A DNA stretch of 63,112 nucleotides, the filler included, from Octopus bimaculoides (Eukaryota): the NCBI RefSeq assembly GCF_001194135.2. It is 5 parts of 5 records of this genome, joined end to end, with 100 filler letters (N's around TTAATTAATTAA, not from the genome) between each part and the next. Parts side by side here need not be neighbours in the genome. Positions count along the whole stretch, not along the records: positions 61,672 to 63,112 come from NC_069001.1; 4 more parts are not named here. The stretch is one strand, 5' to 3'. A program made the position numbers and the translations under genes. Positions 62,379 through 63,112 of the stretch are shown here, one piece after another. Positions within the stretch are counted from its first letter, which is position 1. Every line of letters starts with the position of its first letter. The notes beneath the pieces are model-generated. The model saw only the letters and a program-made list of their open reading frames with translations, ran no database searches and was not told the origin of the DNA.

Positions 62379-62585
62379 TCTGAAGTTAGCATTCATGAAG
62401 CCATAGATGATTGGGTTCACACAGCTGTGAGAAATGGTTAGCCATAGCAGGACTAACGATATTATAGTAACTGGATAGGAATAACTAATGTATTCATGAT
62501 TGTGTATGAGGAACAGGCAATATGTGTTGAGAGGTATCCAACATATACCGAAAAAGGCTACAATTAAAAGTAGCATTTTTAAAAC
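62379..62585 (-). CDS. Class A (rhodopsin-like) peptide GPCR, TM6-TM7 exon (NPY/tachykinin/luqin-RYamide/GPR83-like group)
   Basis: ttttctattttcag acceptor, 207 nt encoding VLKMLLLIVAFFGICWIPLNTY...WLTISHSCVNPIIYGFMNANFR with CWxP and NPxxY motifs, gtaagt donor, phase 0/0. Confidence 0.93.
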
Positions 62586-63049
62586 CTGAAAATAGAAAAA
62601 ATATATATATATATTATATATAAATATGTATGTGTATGTGTATGTGTTTGTGTCTGTCTGTCTGTCTGTCTGCCTGCCTGTCTGTCTGCATGTCTGTCTG
62701 TGTATATGTAGAGTCAACAGGTGAGATCGAGAGAATTTCAATATAAAAAACTTTCCAAATGATTTGAACCTGCACTCCTGTATCCTAACTGAAGTCCAGA
62801 TCAATAAGGTAAAGAGCCTTCTTCATCGATTAGACTCTTATATATCCACCCTGGTGAAGCAGGCTCTGGGGTTTAGCAACGTTTCTTTGATTCCATTACT
62901 AACTGCAAATTTTTGATCAACTACATCTGCCAAAATTATGAAATAATTCCGAGCCATCAAAAACAGCTATCGGATTTGCAATGTTTTTCCTCTAAATTTT
63001 TACTTTTATGTAATCTGAATAAGTTTGCTCTATAAGATACACAGACACA

Positions 63050-63101
<52 letters not shown>

Positions 63102-63112
63102 TACATATATAT

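Overview
AT-rich eukaryotic genomic DNA from a gapped short-read assembly. The repeat families look like those of an octopod cephalopod (inference from recognised SINE and MITE sequences, not from a search). The only host gene supported is the 3' end of a minus-strand class A peptide GPCR: a TM6-TM7 exon at 62379-62585 and a probable terminal exon at 62028-62216. The other ~60 kb is repeat-dominated. It holds several tRNA-derived SINE families; fragments of R4/Dong-like, RTE, CR1 and Tx1/L1 LINEs; Tc1/mariner, hAT and piggyBac-type DNA elements; one decayed Ty3/Gypsy element; and many microsatellites. The main unexpected signal is about ten type I hammerhead-ribozyme motifs from at least five or six unrelated repeat families. 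Most have the short palindromic stem III typical of Penelope-like elements and retrozymes. They include a 271-nt rod-like element with a hammerhead at its apex (36006-36276) and a ~500-bp palindrome built from two hammerhead units (29780-30278). All structures were folded by eye and coordinates of decayed elements are approximate.
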